DNA of 64,000 nucleotides, from positions 203-64,202 of the forward strand of contig JBOGKW010000001.1 of assembly GCA_050746205.1 (NCBI GenBank), read 5' to 3'. This document shows, one piece after another, positions 19,589-28,949 of this stretch. A program made the translations under genes and the position numbers. Source of the stretch: Terriglobales bacterium. GTDB lineage: Bacteria; Acidobacteriota; Terriglobia; Terriglobales; SCQP01. How positions within the stretch are numbered: position 1 is the stretch's first letter; every line of letters begins with the position of its first letter. The notes under the pieces are model-generated. The model saw only the letters and a program-made list of their open reading frames with translations. It searched no databases and was not told where the DNA came from.

Positions 19589-20593
19589 ATGCCCGCTCCC
19601 ACGCCGCCGCGCTCCGGCTGGACCCGTGCCGAGGTCGCCACCCTGTATCGCCAGCCCTTGTTCGCGCTCATCGAACAGGCCCATGACCTGCACTGCCGCC
19701 ACCATCCCGGCAACCACGTGCAGTTGTGCCGCCTGCTGTCCATCAAGACCGGCGGCTGCCCGGAGGACTGCGCCTACTGCCCCCAGAGCGCACGCCATGC
19801 CACCGGAACGACAGCGGAAAAATTAATGGACCCGGGGGCCATCCTGGCCGCCGCGCGGCAGGCCCAAGCCGATGGCGCCACGCGCTTTTGCATGGGCGCG
19901 GCGTGGCGCGAAGTGAAGGATGGCCGCGAGTTTGATCAGGTGCTCGCGGCGGTGCGCGCCGTGGCCCAGTTGGGCATGGAGGTCTGCTGCACGCTGGGCA
20001 TGCTCACCGCCCCGCAGGCGGCGCGCCTGGCCGCGGCAGGGCTGACCGCCTACAACCACAACCTCGACACCTCGCCGGAGTTTTACGGCCAGATCATCCA
20101 TACCCGCAGCTACGCTGAGCGCCTCCGCACCCTGGATTACGTGGGCCGGGCCGGCATCTCCATCTGCTGCGGCGGCATTCTGGGCATGGGCGAAAGCGAG
20201 GACGACCGCATCGGCCTGCTGCACCAGTTGGTCCATCTTCCCGTTGCGCCGGAGAGCGTGCCCATCAACGCCCTGGTTCCGGTCCCCGGCACGCCGCTGG
20301 CGGCGCGCCCGCCCCTGCCCGCCTTGGACTTGGTGCGCGCCGTCGCCGCTGCCCGCATCCTGCTCCCCGGCGCCAAAGTGCGCCTCAGCGCCGGCCGACT
20401 CGCACTGTCGCCGGAGGCCCAGGCGTTGTGTTTTTACGCCGGCGCCAACTCTATTTTTACGGGCGAGAAGTTGCTCACCACCCCCAACCCGGAGACCGCC
20501 GCGGATCTCGATCTGCTGGCGAGGCTAGGCCTGCATCCGCAGCCAGGCTCACCCACCGCGGCGCCGTCGCGCGCCGCGGCATCATTGGATTAG
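19589..20593 (+). CDS. bioB: Biotin synthase
   Basis: Radical-SAM motif CPEDCAYCPQS, plus a typical BioB body (...RFCMGAAWR...YNHNLDTSPEFY...). Confidence 0.95.
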   Translation: MPAPTPPRSGWTRAEVATLYRQPLFALIEQAHDLHCRHHPGNHVQLCRLLSIKTGGCPEDCAYCPQSARHATGTTAEKLMDPGAILAAARQAQADGATRFCMGAAWREVKDGREFDQVLAAVRAVAQLGMEVCCTLGMLTAPQAARLAAAGLTAYNHNLDTSPEFYGQIIHTRSYAERLRTLDYVGRAGISICCGGILGMGESEDDRIGLLHQLVHLPVAPESVPINALVPVPGTPLAARPPLPALDLVRAVAAARILLPGAKVRLSAGRLALSPEAQALCFYAGANSIFTGEKLLTTPNPETAADLDLLARLGLHPQPGSPTAAPSRAAASLD

Positions 20594-21067
20594 CTCACTT
20601 TCATCCGCCGACGGCAGCTCGGGCAAATGCGAGGCGTGGTGCAGCGCCAGCCGCCACTCCCCCTCGGCCAGCACGAAAACGTTGGTGGCGCAGACCTGCG
20701 CCGCGTCCGTCCGCCCCTCCACCTGGCTCTGCACCGCCTCCAGGCAGGTTAGCCAGGCCACCGGGCCCGCCACGTGCAGCCGCACCTGGTCAATCGCCAC
20801 CACCAGCAGGTGCGTATGGCTGAAGATGCGCCGCCAGCTTTCGCGAATCTCGGACCATCCCTCCAGCGGCGGCCAGCCGGGATGCACGCAGCGGGCGGTG
20901 GCGCTCGGCAGCCAGACCGCCTCCATGTCTTCCAGGCTCAGGTTCTCCAGCGCCTGATAAAAGCGCCGGTTGGCCTCGCGCACGCGGGCCTCCTCGTACT
21001 GCCGGCGCTCGGCGCTGCGCGGCGCCGCCGCCGGCGTGACTGCCTGGGGACTGGAGCGCCGCGCCAT
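20582..21067 (-). CDS. NTF2-like/SnoaL-like fold protein
   Basis: 161 aa. ANRRFYQALENLSLEDMEAVW...CVHPGWPPLEGW resembles SnoaL/DUF4440-type proteins. Assigned by eye only. Confidence 0.6.
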   Translation of the reverse strand: MARRSSPQAVTPAAAPRSAERRQYEEARVREANRRFYQALENLSLEDMEAVWLPSATARCVHPGWPPLEGWSEIRESWRRIFSHTHLLVVAIDQVRLHVAGPVAWLTCLEAVQSQVEGRTDAAQVCATNVFVLAEGEWRLALHHASHLPELPSADESELIQ

Positions 21068-21071
21068 GGGC

Positions 21072-21938
21072 CTATTTCACCAGAATCGCCGCGCCCCAGC
21101 TCACCATCAGGAGCACGCCGATATACCCATTGACGGTGAAAAACGCAGCGTTCATTTGCGACAAATCCTCGGGCCGCAGCAAGGCGTGCTCATAGGCCAG
21201 CAGCGCCGCCACTAACCCCAGCCCGATCCAGCCCAGCAGGCCCAATTGGCTGAGAACCAGCAGCCAGGCCAGCAGCGCCAACATGGCCATGTGGCATGCG
21301 GCGGCGATGCGCAACGCCCCCCGGATGCCCCAGCGTTTAGGGACCGAGTGCAGCCCGGGCTGACCGCGGTCAAAGGCGTAGTCTTGGCAGGCATAGAGGA
21401 CATCAAAGCCGCCCACCCACAACGCCACCGCCGCCACCAGCACCAGGATGCGCGGTGACAGCGACCCGCGCACCGCGATCCAGGCGGCCGCCGGCGCGAT
21501 GCCCAGCGCCAGCCCCAAGACCCAGTGCGACAGCGCGGTGAAGCGCTTGGTCCAGGAATAAAACATCACCCAAGCCAAGGCCACCGGCGACAGCAGCAGC
21601 GTCAGATGGTTCAATTGCCAGGCGGCGATTTCAAACACCGACGCCGCAAGCAGCAAAAACCCCCAGGCAAAGCGCGGCGACAGCGCGCCCGTGACCAGCG
21701 CCCGCCCGCGCGTGCGCGGATTGGCCGCGTCCACGTCCCGGTCCACGATGCGGTTGAAGGTCATCGCCACGCTACGCGCCGCCACCATGGCCACGATGAT
21801 CCAAAGCAGTTGACGCGCCGTGGGCCAGCCCCGCGCCGCCAGCATCGCTCCCAGCAACGCAAACGGCAGCGCGAAGATCGAGTGCTCGAACTTGATCATC
21901 TCCAGCGTGCGCCGCGTGCTGGCCGCCAGCGAGGGCAT
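21072..21938 (-). CDS. UbiA-family prenyltransferase (4-hydroxybenzoate polyprenyltransferase-like)
   Basis: Polytopic membrane protein with the NRIVDRDVDAANPRT motif (NxxxDxxxD). Confidence 0.9.
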   Translation of the reverse strand: MPSLAASTRRTLEMIKFEHSIFALPFALLGAMLAARGWPTARQLLWIIVAMVAARSVAMTFNRIVDRDVDAANPRTRGRALVTGALSPRFAWGFLLLAASVFEIAAWQLNHLTLLLSPVALAWVMFYSWTKRFTALSHWVLGLALGIAPAAAWIAVRGSLSPRILVLVAAVALWVGGFDVLYACQDYAFDRGQPGLHSVPKRWGIRGALRIAAACHMAMLALLAWLLVLSQLGLLGWIGLGLVAALLAYEHALLRPEDLSQMNAAFFTVNGYIGVLLMVSWGAAILVK

Positions 21939-21984
21939 GGTTTTCAGTTTAACAACCGTCCGCCGTCATCGCCGCCGGGCGACC

Positions 21985-22704
21985 TCAGCCTTGCGGGCGG
22001 ATCACCGTGGCGCCGGGGAAGCGGGCGGCGAAGATGCGGCCCGATAGATGGGGGTTGATGCGGATGCTCGAGTAGTCGAGACGCTGGTAGTCGCCCGAGA
22101 CTTGATTCACCTGCTGCCGCACCGCCACCCACAGCCGGGGCGAAAACCAGAGATCAATCGAGGCGATGCCGTTAGCCTGGGCCGGGTCGCGCGGCGTCAG
22201 CGCCAACTCGACCGTCGTCTGGCCGGCGATCCGCGGCCGGCCGGCCAGACGGACATGGAACGAGCCGAGCAAGGCGTGGCCGCCGCCGCCGAGGCTGAGC
22301 AGTAGATACCGTTGCACCGCTTGGCGGTGGCCGCGCAAATCGTACTCTTGCACCTGGCGGATGCCGGGTTGATAGAGATAGCCGGTTTGGTCCCGGTAGA
22401 GGAACTCACGCCGGGCGGGCGTGGCAATGTCCAAGGCGATCTGCGGGCCTTGTTTGGTGCGGCGGAAATATATCGTACCTTGCTCAAGCGCCGTGTCGTT
22501 GACGATCTGCGTGTATTTGATCGAAACGACATGGGCACTCAGGCGGCGCAGGTGGGCCGCTGCGACGTCGAGCTGGTCCAGCACTTGGTTCAATTGCCGG
22601 GACGCTGGAGGCGGAGCCGGCGCGGCAGCCCTCCGCGGCCCGAGCGGCGGGAAAATCCACGCCGCGGCCAGCAAAAACGCGCAACTAGCGCGTCCAGACG
22701 CCAT
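21985..22704 (-). CDS. LolA-like outer-membrane lipoprotein-sorting fold protein
   Basis: Signal peptide (MASGRASCAFLLAAAWIF) followed by a LolA-like body. I chose the start at 22704 to minimise overlap with the upstream gene. Confidence 0.6.
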   Translation of the reverse strand: MASGRASCAFLLAAAWIFPPLGPRRAAAPAPPPASRQLNQVLDQLDVAAAHLRRLSAHVVSIKYTQIVNDTALEQGTIYFRRTKQGPQIALDIATPARREFLYRDQTGYLYQPGIRQVQEYDLRGHRQAVQRYLLLSLGGGGHALLGSFHVRLAGRPRIAGQTTVELALTPRDPAQANGIASIDLWFSPRLWVAVRQQVNQVSGDYQRLDYSSIRINPHLSGRIFAARFPGATVIRPQG

Positions 22705-23077
22705 AAATGACCGGGCCGTCCACGCTCGGCTGCCAGCGTTGTTGCCCCAAAACCTGGATCTCATGGCCGGTATAGTGCGCCAGTAGGCGGGCCAGATCGG
22801 GCTGTGGCTGGCGGGCGATCACCTGGTAGTAATGGCCGTGCGGCAAGGCGATCACGGTGATCTGTACCGCGGCGGCGGGGACGGGGAGGCTCTGAGCGGT
22901 GGTACCCGGCGCTGGAAACGGCCGAGGCTGGTCATGGAAGAAGCCGCGGGGCACCAGAAAGATGAAGGCCAGGATCAGCCCCACCATCACGTCATACTCA
23001 AGCGAGGCGCGGGGATAGCTCCACCACAGGAAGGAGGAGATCTTGCCGCCCAGGCCGCGACCGCCGCTCTGTGCCAT
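22685..23077 (-). CDS. Hypothetical membrane protein
   Basis: 130-aa ORF with one TM segment (VMVGLILAFIFLV). It is divergent from rsmG. I recognised no family. Confidence 0.5.
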   Translation of the reverse strand: MAQSGGRGLGGKISSFLWWSYPRASLEYDVMVGLILAFIFLVPRGFFHDQPRPFPAPGTTAQSLPVPAAAVQITVIALPHGHYYQVIARQPQPDLARLLAHYTGHEIQVLGQQRWQPSVDGPVIYGVWTR

Positions 23078-23119
23078 ACCTACGCTATCCTAACCGTCGC
23101 TGCCCAACGGCCACAACAG

Positions 23120-23770
23120 ATGCCCGCCACGCTGGCCCATTTCCGCCAGGCCCTGACGGTCGCCCTGCCCGAGTACGGGGTGGCCGCGACGCCGGAGCGG
23201 CTGGAGCGTTTGAGTTCCTACCTTGCCCAGCTTGCACGGTGGAACGAGCGGGTGCGACTGGTGGGGGAGGCGGATCCGGACACGCTGGCCCGGCGGCACG
23301 TGGGGGAGTCGCTCTATTTGGCCCAACTGCTACCGCTGTCCCACCAAACGCTGCTGGATCTCGGCTCCGGCGGGGGCTTTCCCGGGCTGGCGTTGCAGTT
23401 AGCTTTTCCGGCGTTAAAGACTACACTTGTAGAATCAAAAGCCAAGAAAGCTGCGTTCTTGGCTGAGGTCTGCCGTCAGCAGGCGTTGGGACGGGTCGTC
23501 AACCAGCGGCTGGAGGACCTCAGCGAGGCGGCCGAGATTGTGACCGTGCGCGCGCTGGAGAATCTCGCCGCCGGGCCCGAGCGTTTTGCACACCTGTTGA
23601 TTTCCGGTGGAAAACTGGCCGCCTGGGTCACCGAGGGACTGGCACGGGACTGGCAGCAGCGCCTGCCGCGCTGGCGCTGGCAATCGCCACGACTGTTGCC
23701 GGGCAGCCGGGAACGCACGATCGTGCTGGCCGAGGCCCCCGAACTGGGATTGTTTCACGTGGAACACTAG
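23120..23770 (+). CDS. rsmG: 16S rRNA (guanine527-N7)-methyltransferase RsmG/GidB
   Basis: SAM motif LLDLGSGGGFPGLAL and an RsmG-like body. I prefer the ATG at 23120 (MPATLAHF...); the longer track ORF from 22832 overlaps the divergent gene. Confidence 0.9.
   Translation: MPATLAHFRQALTVALPEYGVAATPERLERLSSYLAQLARWNERVRLVGEADPDTLARRHVGESLYLAQLLPLSHQTLLDLGSGGGFPGLALQLAFPALKTTLVESKAKKAAFLAEVCRQQALGRVVNQRLEDLSEAAEIVTVRALENLAAGPERFAHLLISGGKLAAWVTEGLARDWQQRLPRWRWQSPRLLPGSRERTIVLAEAPELGLFHVEH
23751..23766. promoter_or_regulatory. parS centromere-like site
   Basis: TGTTTCACGTGGAACA matches the parS consensus TGTTTCACGTGAAACA at 15 of 16 positions. It lies at the 3' end of rsmG, 43 bp upstream of parA. 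Confidence 0.7.
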
Positions 23771-23808
23771 GCCTTTCGGCCGCAAGGCGATTGCGTTAAA
23801 CTCCTGGC

Positions 23809-24618
23809 GTGCCCCGCGTTCCCCGCATCTTGGCGATCGCCAACCAAAAGGGCGGGGTGGGCAAGACCACCACGGCCATCAACTTGGCGGCTTCACTGGC
23901 GGCGGCCGAGCTGCCCACCCTGCTGGTGGACTGCGACCCCCAGGGGAATGCCACTAGCGGTCTGGGAGTCGCGCCTGTCGACGGCCAGCCAACGCTCTAT
24001 CAGGTGCTGTCGGGCGAGGCCGAGCTGGCGGCGGCGCTGCGGACCACCGCCCTTGACGGCCTTGAGGTCGTCCCTGCCAGTCGCGATCTGGTTGGCCTGA
24101 ACCTGGAGCTTGCCGTCGCTGAAGCACGCGAACTGCGCCTTGCCCGCGCTCTGGTCCGTGCGCCCGAGCGGCTGCGCTTCATCGTCCTGGACTGCCCACC
24201 GGCGCTGGATTTGCTGACGCTCAACGCTCTGACCGCCGCGCAGGCGGTGATTATCCCCATGCAGTGCGAGTATTTTGCCCTCGAGGGGTTGGCTCAGCTC
24301 CTGGATACCATCGCCGCCGTCCAAGCCCGATGGAACCCAGGGCTGGAGATCGCCGGCGTGCTGCTCAACCAGTTTGAGGAGCGTACTCACCTGTCCCGCC
24401 AAGTAACCGCCGAACTGCGGCGCCACTTCGGCGCCCGCATCTTCCGCACCACGGTGCCCCGCAACGTGCGCCTGGCCGAAGCCCCCAGCTTCGGTCAGCC
24501 AGCGCTGCTCTACGATGTCCGTTCCAAGGGTTCGGAGGCATTCCTCCAGCTCGCGCGTGAGGTGATCGAACGTGAACTCGCCCAATCCGGCACGCAAAGC
24601 ATTGGGGCGGGGGCTTGA
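23809..24618 (+). CDS. parA: Chromosome partitioning ATPase ParA/Soj
   Basis: Deviant Walker A in ILAIANQKGGVGKTTTAINLA, plus a typical Soj body. Confidence 0.95.
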   Translation: MPRVPRILAIANQKGGVGKTTTAINLAASLAAAELPTLLVDCDPQGNATSGLGVAPVDGQPTLYQVLSGEAELAAALRTTALDGLEVVPASRDLVGLNLELAVAEARELRLARALVRAPERLRFIVLDCPPALDLLTLNALTAAQAVIIPMQCEYFALEGLAQLLDTIAAVQARWNPGLEIAGVLLNQFEERTHLSRQVTAELRRHFGARIFRTTVPRNVRLAEAPSFGQPALLYDVRSKGSEAFLQLAREVIERELAQSGTQSIGAGA

Positions 24619-25474
24619 TGCCCTGCTCTCTCCCGTGGCCGCCACCCCCGACCAGTTGGCCGGCGTCCCTCCTCCCGGCCCGGCTCCAGAGACGGTGCGC
24701 CAGTTGCCGCTCAGCGTCATCGAGCCCAATCCCTTTCAACCGCGCCAGCAGTTTCGCCCTGAAGCCCTAGCCGAGCTGGCCGCCTCGATCCGCGCTCAGG
24801 GCGTAATGCAGCCCGTTCTGGTCCGCCCGCAGGGCCAGCGTTTTCAGCTACTTGCCGGCGAGCGGCGTTTCCGTGCCGCGCAACTGGCTGGGCTGACGGC
24901 GATTCCAGCGCTGATCCGCGCCCTGGGCGACGACCATGCCCTCGAATATGCCCTGATCGAAAATCTGCAGCGCGAGGATCTGAACCCGCTTGAGCAGGCC
25001 CGCGCCTTTCAGCAACTGGCGACGCGCTTTGCCATGACCCAAGAGCACATCGCCCAGCGGACCGGCAAGGACCGCGCCAGCATTGCGAACTATCTCCGCC
25101 TGCTCAAACTCGCCCCAGCAGTGCAATCGCTCGTGGAGGCCGGCCGCTTGTCCATGGGCCACGCTCGAGCTCTGCTGGCGCTGCCGGCGGAGGCGCAGCC
25201 GGCCACCGCCGCGCGCGCACTGGCAGGGGAGTGGAGCGTGCGCCGGCTGGAGAGCCATGTGCGCGGCCGCACCGAGCCGGCCGGCTCCCAAGCGCGCCGC
25301 CCTGCCCAGGATGCCAATGTGCGCCATGCCGCTGACGAGCTGGCCCGGGCCCTCGGCGCCAAGGTGGCGGTGCGAGACAAAAGCGGCCGCGGGATCATCG
25401 AGATTCACTATCACGGGGTCAATGATTTTCAGCGGCTGTTCGAACGCCTCGTGGGCCCCTCCCGCGAACCGTAG
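24572..25474 (+). CDS. parB: Chromosome partitioning protein ParB/Spo0J
   Basis: LGRGLDALL, the ParB box (...PFQPRQQF...LAGERRFRAA...) and an HTH (...QEHIAQRTGKDRASIANYLRLLKL). Confidence 0.95.
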   Translation: MNSPNPARKALGRGLDALLSPVAATPDQLAGVPPPGPAPETVRQLPLSVIEPNPFQPRQQFRPEALAELAASIRAQGVMQPVLVRPQGQRFQLLAGERRFRAAQLAGLTAIPALIRALGDDHALEYALIENLQREDLNPLEQARAFQQLATRFAMTQEHIAQRTGKDRASIANYLRLLKLAPAVQSLVEAGRLSMGHARALLALPAEAQPATAARALAGEWSVRRLESHVRGRTEPAGSQARRPAQDANVRHAADELARALGAKVAVRDKSGRGIIEIHYHGVNDFQRLFERLVGPSREP

Positions 25475-25520
25475 ACGGCTACACTAAACGGAGCAGCTAC
25501 CGCTGTCCCCGGAGCGCCGC

Positions 25521-26834
25521 GTGCCATTTGCCGCGATAGGCCTCGCCCTGTGTTTCTTTCTCCCCGCCCCTCACACGGCGCCGCAACGCGCCGCGGCGCC
25601 GACCGACACCGCGGCCGCATCCCCGACGTTGGGCTCGTTGCTCGATATTGGCGAGCCAGGCCGCCAACTGCGCGGCCTGGAGCGGTATCTGCACCAGCAT
25701 CCCAATCCGCCGGAGGCAGTGCAGATCTATCAGCAGCTGATCCAGGACGCCACCGCGCTGAATGATTCCCGACGGGTCCTGGCCTATAACGAAGAGCTCC
25801 AGGCGCTGGAGCCCGATGACCTGGGCCAGCGCATCACCGTTCTAAATCAGCTGCTGCTGGAATCCAGCGCCAAGGCCATGGCGCTGGCGGCCCAAGACGC
25901 CCACGAGCTGGCGCTGCTGGTCGCCGTCCAGGCCGCCAGCCCGCCGCCGCAAGAGGCCACCCGCGCGCAATGGAAGGTGGATATGAACCGGCTGCGGGCT
26001 ATCGCGCAGATGTTTCTTGGCGCGGTCGCGCAGAAAACGGGCCATGACGTGGCCGCCGCCACGGATTTCCGCGCCAGCCTAGCGCTAGAGCCCACCGAAG
26101 AAGCGGCCGAACATTTGGGGCAGGTGCTCGAGGCGCGCGGCCAGGCGACGGCGGCGGTGCGGGCCTACGCCCTGGCCCTGGCGCTTCCGGGCCAAACCAT
26201 CGCTGAGCGAAGTACTTTGCGTGGCAGAGCCGGGGCTCTTTACGCCCGCCTGCACCAGGGCAGCCAGCGCGGCTTTGGGGACTTGATTCTGGACCGCTTT
26301 GACCAGATCGCCCAGGCGAATGCGCGGCAACAGCAAGCGCTGCATCCCTATGCGGCGCGCAACCACGAGGCGCAGAGCGTGGGGCAGTTCGTCCTGACCT
26401 CGCTCGACGGGGTCGCGCACCGACTGGCGAGTGAACGGGGCAAGGTCGTAGTGCTGGATTTTTGGGCCACTTGGTGCGGCCCCTGCCAGGCCGAGCATCC
26501 CGCTTATGAAGCCCTGAAGCGACACTACGGCGGCCAGTCCGGCGTGGCGTTCATCTTGATCAACACCGACGACGAGCACGCCAAGGTCGGCCCGTTTCTA
26601 GCCGCGCATCACTGGGCCGACGATACCTGGCTGGATGCCGGGCTCGCCGACTATTTGGGCATAGATTCCTTGCCCACGACGGTCGTGCTGGCGCCCAACG
26701 GCCAGATGGTGTACCGCGAATCCGGCTTCGATGAGGCCAGCTACGCGCGCGACCTGCGGCGGGCGATCCGCTATGCGCGAACGCGGGTCGGCCCAAGCGC
26801 GGCGAAGGCCGGCCGACGAGCGGCCGGGCGCTAG
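25521..26834 (+). CDS. TlpA/ResA-like thiol-disulfide oxidoreductase with an N-terminal helical (TPR-like) region
   Basis: The C-terminal thioredoxin fold carries VVVLDFWATWCGPCQAEHP. Confidence 0.8.
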   Translation: MPFAAIGLALCFFLPAPHTAPQRAAAPTDTAAASPTLGSLLDIGEPGRQLRGLERYLHQHPNPPEAVQIYQQLIQDATALNDSRRVLAYNEELQALEPDDLGQRITVLNQLLLESSAKAMALAAQDAHELALLVAVQAASPPPQEATRAQWKVDMNRLRAIAQMFLGAVAQKTGHDVAAATDFRASLALEPTEEAAEHLGQVLEARGQATAAVRAYALALALPGQTIAERSTLRGRAGALYARLHQGSQRGFGDLILDRFDQIAQANARQQQALHPYAARNHEAQSVGQFVLTSLDGVAHRLASERGKVVVLDFWATWCGPCQAEHPAYEALKRHYGGQSGVAFILINTDDEHAKVGPFLAAHHWADDTWLDAGLADYLGIDSLPTTVVLAPNGQMVYRESGFDEASYARDLRRAIRYARTRVGPSAAKAGRRAAGR

Positions 26835-27766
26835 GCCAACGGCCGGGCGAGGCGCAAGGCCCCGTCGAGCGCATCGCCGGCGGGGGGCTGCCAGCGCGCT
26901 CCGGGCAGCTGCCGCCGCAGGGCGCGGCGCAGAGCCTGACGGATGAGGGGCGATGCCGCAAGCACCGATCCGCCGTACGATACGCGCGGCTGGCGCATGC
27001 CGAGGCGCCGGGCAGCGGCGGCGATTTGCGCCGCCAGCGCCTCGGCGCCCGCCGTGATCAGGGCGCGCGCGATGCGGTCCCGCTGCGCCGCGGCCTCGAA
27101 CACCAGCGGCGCCAAACCGCCGAAGTCGGCCGGCGTGGCGGGACGGGCTCGCCGCGCCAAGGCTTGCGGCGTTCGCAGCCGGAAGGCGGCTTGCAACAGA
27201 CCGGTCAGAGCGGTCGGAGGCCCGGAGCCATCCAGGGCACATAACGCGGCGGCGTAGCCCTTCCGACCCAGCCACTGGCCGCTGCCTTCATCGCCCAACA
27301 GCCAGCCCCAACCTCCGGCCCGGGCCCATTGCCCACGCGCGTTGCGGCCCCAGACGATGGAGCCAGTACCGGCGATCACGACAATGCCCTGGGCGCCGGC
27401 CAGCGCGCCCACATGGGCGATCTCGCCGTCCGTCACAATCCGTACTTGGGCACGGGGGAGCAGCCGGTGCGTCCGCCGCGCGACATCCGCCGCCACCGTC
27501 GGCTGGCTGACGCCGGCGCTGCCGATCACCACGGCCCGGATGGCGGCTCGCCGCGCGCCGGCTCCGCGTAAGCAGGCAACGATGCCGCGCCGTCGCTCGC
27601 GGTCGGCGGTTTCGGCACCCAGGGCGTAGGGGTTGGCCGGTCCGGCCTCGCCGCGGCCCAAAACGCGCCCGGAGGCATCGGCGATTGCGACGCGGACGTG
27701 ACTCGCCCCGGCGTCCAGAGCGAGGATCAGCCCTCCGGCATTTTTGCGGGCGCGCGCTCCGGCCAT
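26831..27766 (-). CDS. BadF/BadG/BcrA/BcrD-type ATPase (N-acetylglucosamine kinase-like)
   Basis: N-terminal phosphate-1 motif LILALDAGASHVRVAIAD, plus ...VIAGTGS... and ...GWGWLLGDEGSG.... Confidence 0.75.
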   Translation of the reverse strand: MAGARARKNAGGLILALDAGASHVRVAIADASGRVLGRGEAGPANPYALGAETADRERRRGIVACLRGAGARRAAIRAVVIGSAGVSQPTVAADVARRTHRLLPRAQVRIVTDGEIAHVGALAGAQGIVVIAGTGSIVWGRNARGQWARAGGWGWLLGDEGSGQWLGRKGYAAALCALDGSGPPTALTGLLQAAFRLRTPQALARRARPATPADFGGLAPLVFEAAAQRDRIARALITAGAEALAAQIAAAARRLGMRQPRVSYGGSVLAASPLIRQALRRALRRQLPGARWQPPAGDALDGALRLARPLA

Positions 27767-27847
27767 GCCCTTTCAGGGTAAGCCCGCTGGCGCTCGGGGC
27801 GTCTCCAAGTCGCCGCGGAAGGAACCGAGGCCGCACGCGGCGGGGCG

Positions 27848-28699
27848 CTACCGCGGGTTGAGCGAGCCGGAGCGAAAGCCCTCGAGGTCGAGGGTAACGT
27901 AGCGGAAACCCAGTCCTTTAAAGAGGCGGGTCAGCGCGCCGGCCGCTTCCAGGTTCAGGGCACGGTCCAACTCCGCAGGGGCGATCTCGATGCGGACCAA
28001 ATCCCCATGGTCGCGCGCCCGAAACTCGCGGAAGCCCATTTTTCGGAGGCCCTCTTCGCCGGCCTCGATGCGCCCCAACACGGAGGGGGTGATCCCGATG
28101 CCGTGGACCACGCGGGATGCCAGGCAGGGAGAGGCGGGGCGGTCCCAGAGCTCAAGGCCGGCCTGACGCGCCAACGCCCGGATGGCGGCCTTGCCCAATC
28201 CCGCTTCCAGCAGCGGGGCGCGGACGTGATGGCGGCGGGCGGCCTCGGCGCCGGGCCGGTAGTCCCACCGATCATCGGCATTGGCGCCGTAAGCCAAGGA
28301 CTGAAACGCTGGACGCCGCTCGAGTTCCCCCTCCATGCAGTGAAAGAGCTCGTCCTTGCAAAAAAAACAGCGGTCGGCGCCGTTGTGGGCGTACTCGGGG
28401 CTGTCCAACTCGGCGGTTTGGATGGTTTCGCAGGGAATGCCATGGCGGGCGGCGAAGGCCAAGGCATCTCGATAATGCGAGCGGGCCAAACTCGGCGAGT
28501 CGGCAATCAGAGCCACCAACTGATCTCCGAGGACTTGGTGCGCCACCCAGGAGAGATAGGCCGAGTCCACGCCGCCGGAGTAGGCGACCAGCAAGGGGCC
28601 ACCCTGGCGCAGGGACTGGCGCAAGCGTTGCTCGGCCAGGGTCCAGTCGGCCTCCAACGCCGGCGATAGGTCCCCGGCGGCTCGTAACGCTTCCGTCAC
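27848..28699 (-). CDS. larE: PP-loop ATP pyrophosphatase, LarE/TIGR00268-like sulfur transferase
   Basis: PP-loop LVAYSGGVDSAY followed by ...CFFCKDELF.... The length and layout are typical of the LarE family. Confidence 0.75.
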   Translation of the reverse strand: MTEALRAAGDLSPALEADWTLAEQRLRQSLRQGGPLLVAYSGGVDSAYLSWVAHQVLGDQLVALIADSPSLARSHYRDALAFAARHGIPCETIQTAELDSPEYAHNGADRCFFCKDELFHCMEGELERRPAFQSLAYGANADDRWDYRPGAEAARRHHVRAPLLEAGLGKAAIRALARQAGLELWDRPASPCLASRVVHGIGITPSVLGRIEAGEEGLRKMGFREFRARDHGDLVRIEIAPAELDRALNLEAAGALTRLFKGLGFRYVTLDLEGFRSGSLNPR

Positions 28700-28949
28700 G
28701 GCACCTAGATTAGCACCGGGCCTAGGGACAGGGCGGGCACCGCTGCCCGTTGGCGGCCTTGCCGCCGTGGGCGGCCGGCACCTGACGCCTGCCGTCGCTC
28801 AGGGCGTCTCCAAGTTGCCGCGCAATGGCGCGGCAGGTCGGCTCCTCCGGTGGAAGCGGCGCGCGGGCCCGGTCTGGATTGTCCGCGAGGATGCCTGTCC
28901 CGCAACCTGGCCGAGAGGACGGTGCGGAGAGGCGGCGGGGGCTTCTATA

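Noticed and set aside
22832-23119. N-terminal extension of rsmG (track ORF 22832..23770)
   Set aside because: It overlaps the divergent minus-strand gene 22685..23077. RsmG-like sequence starts at the Met encoded at 23120.
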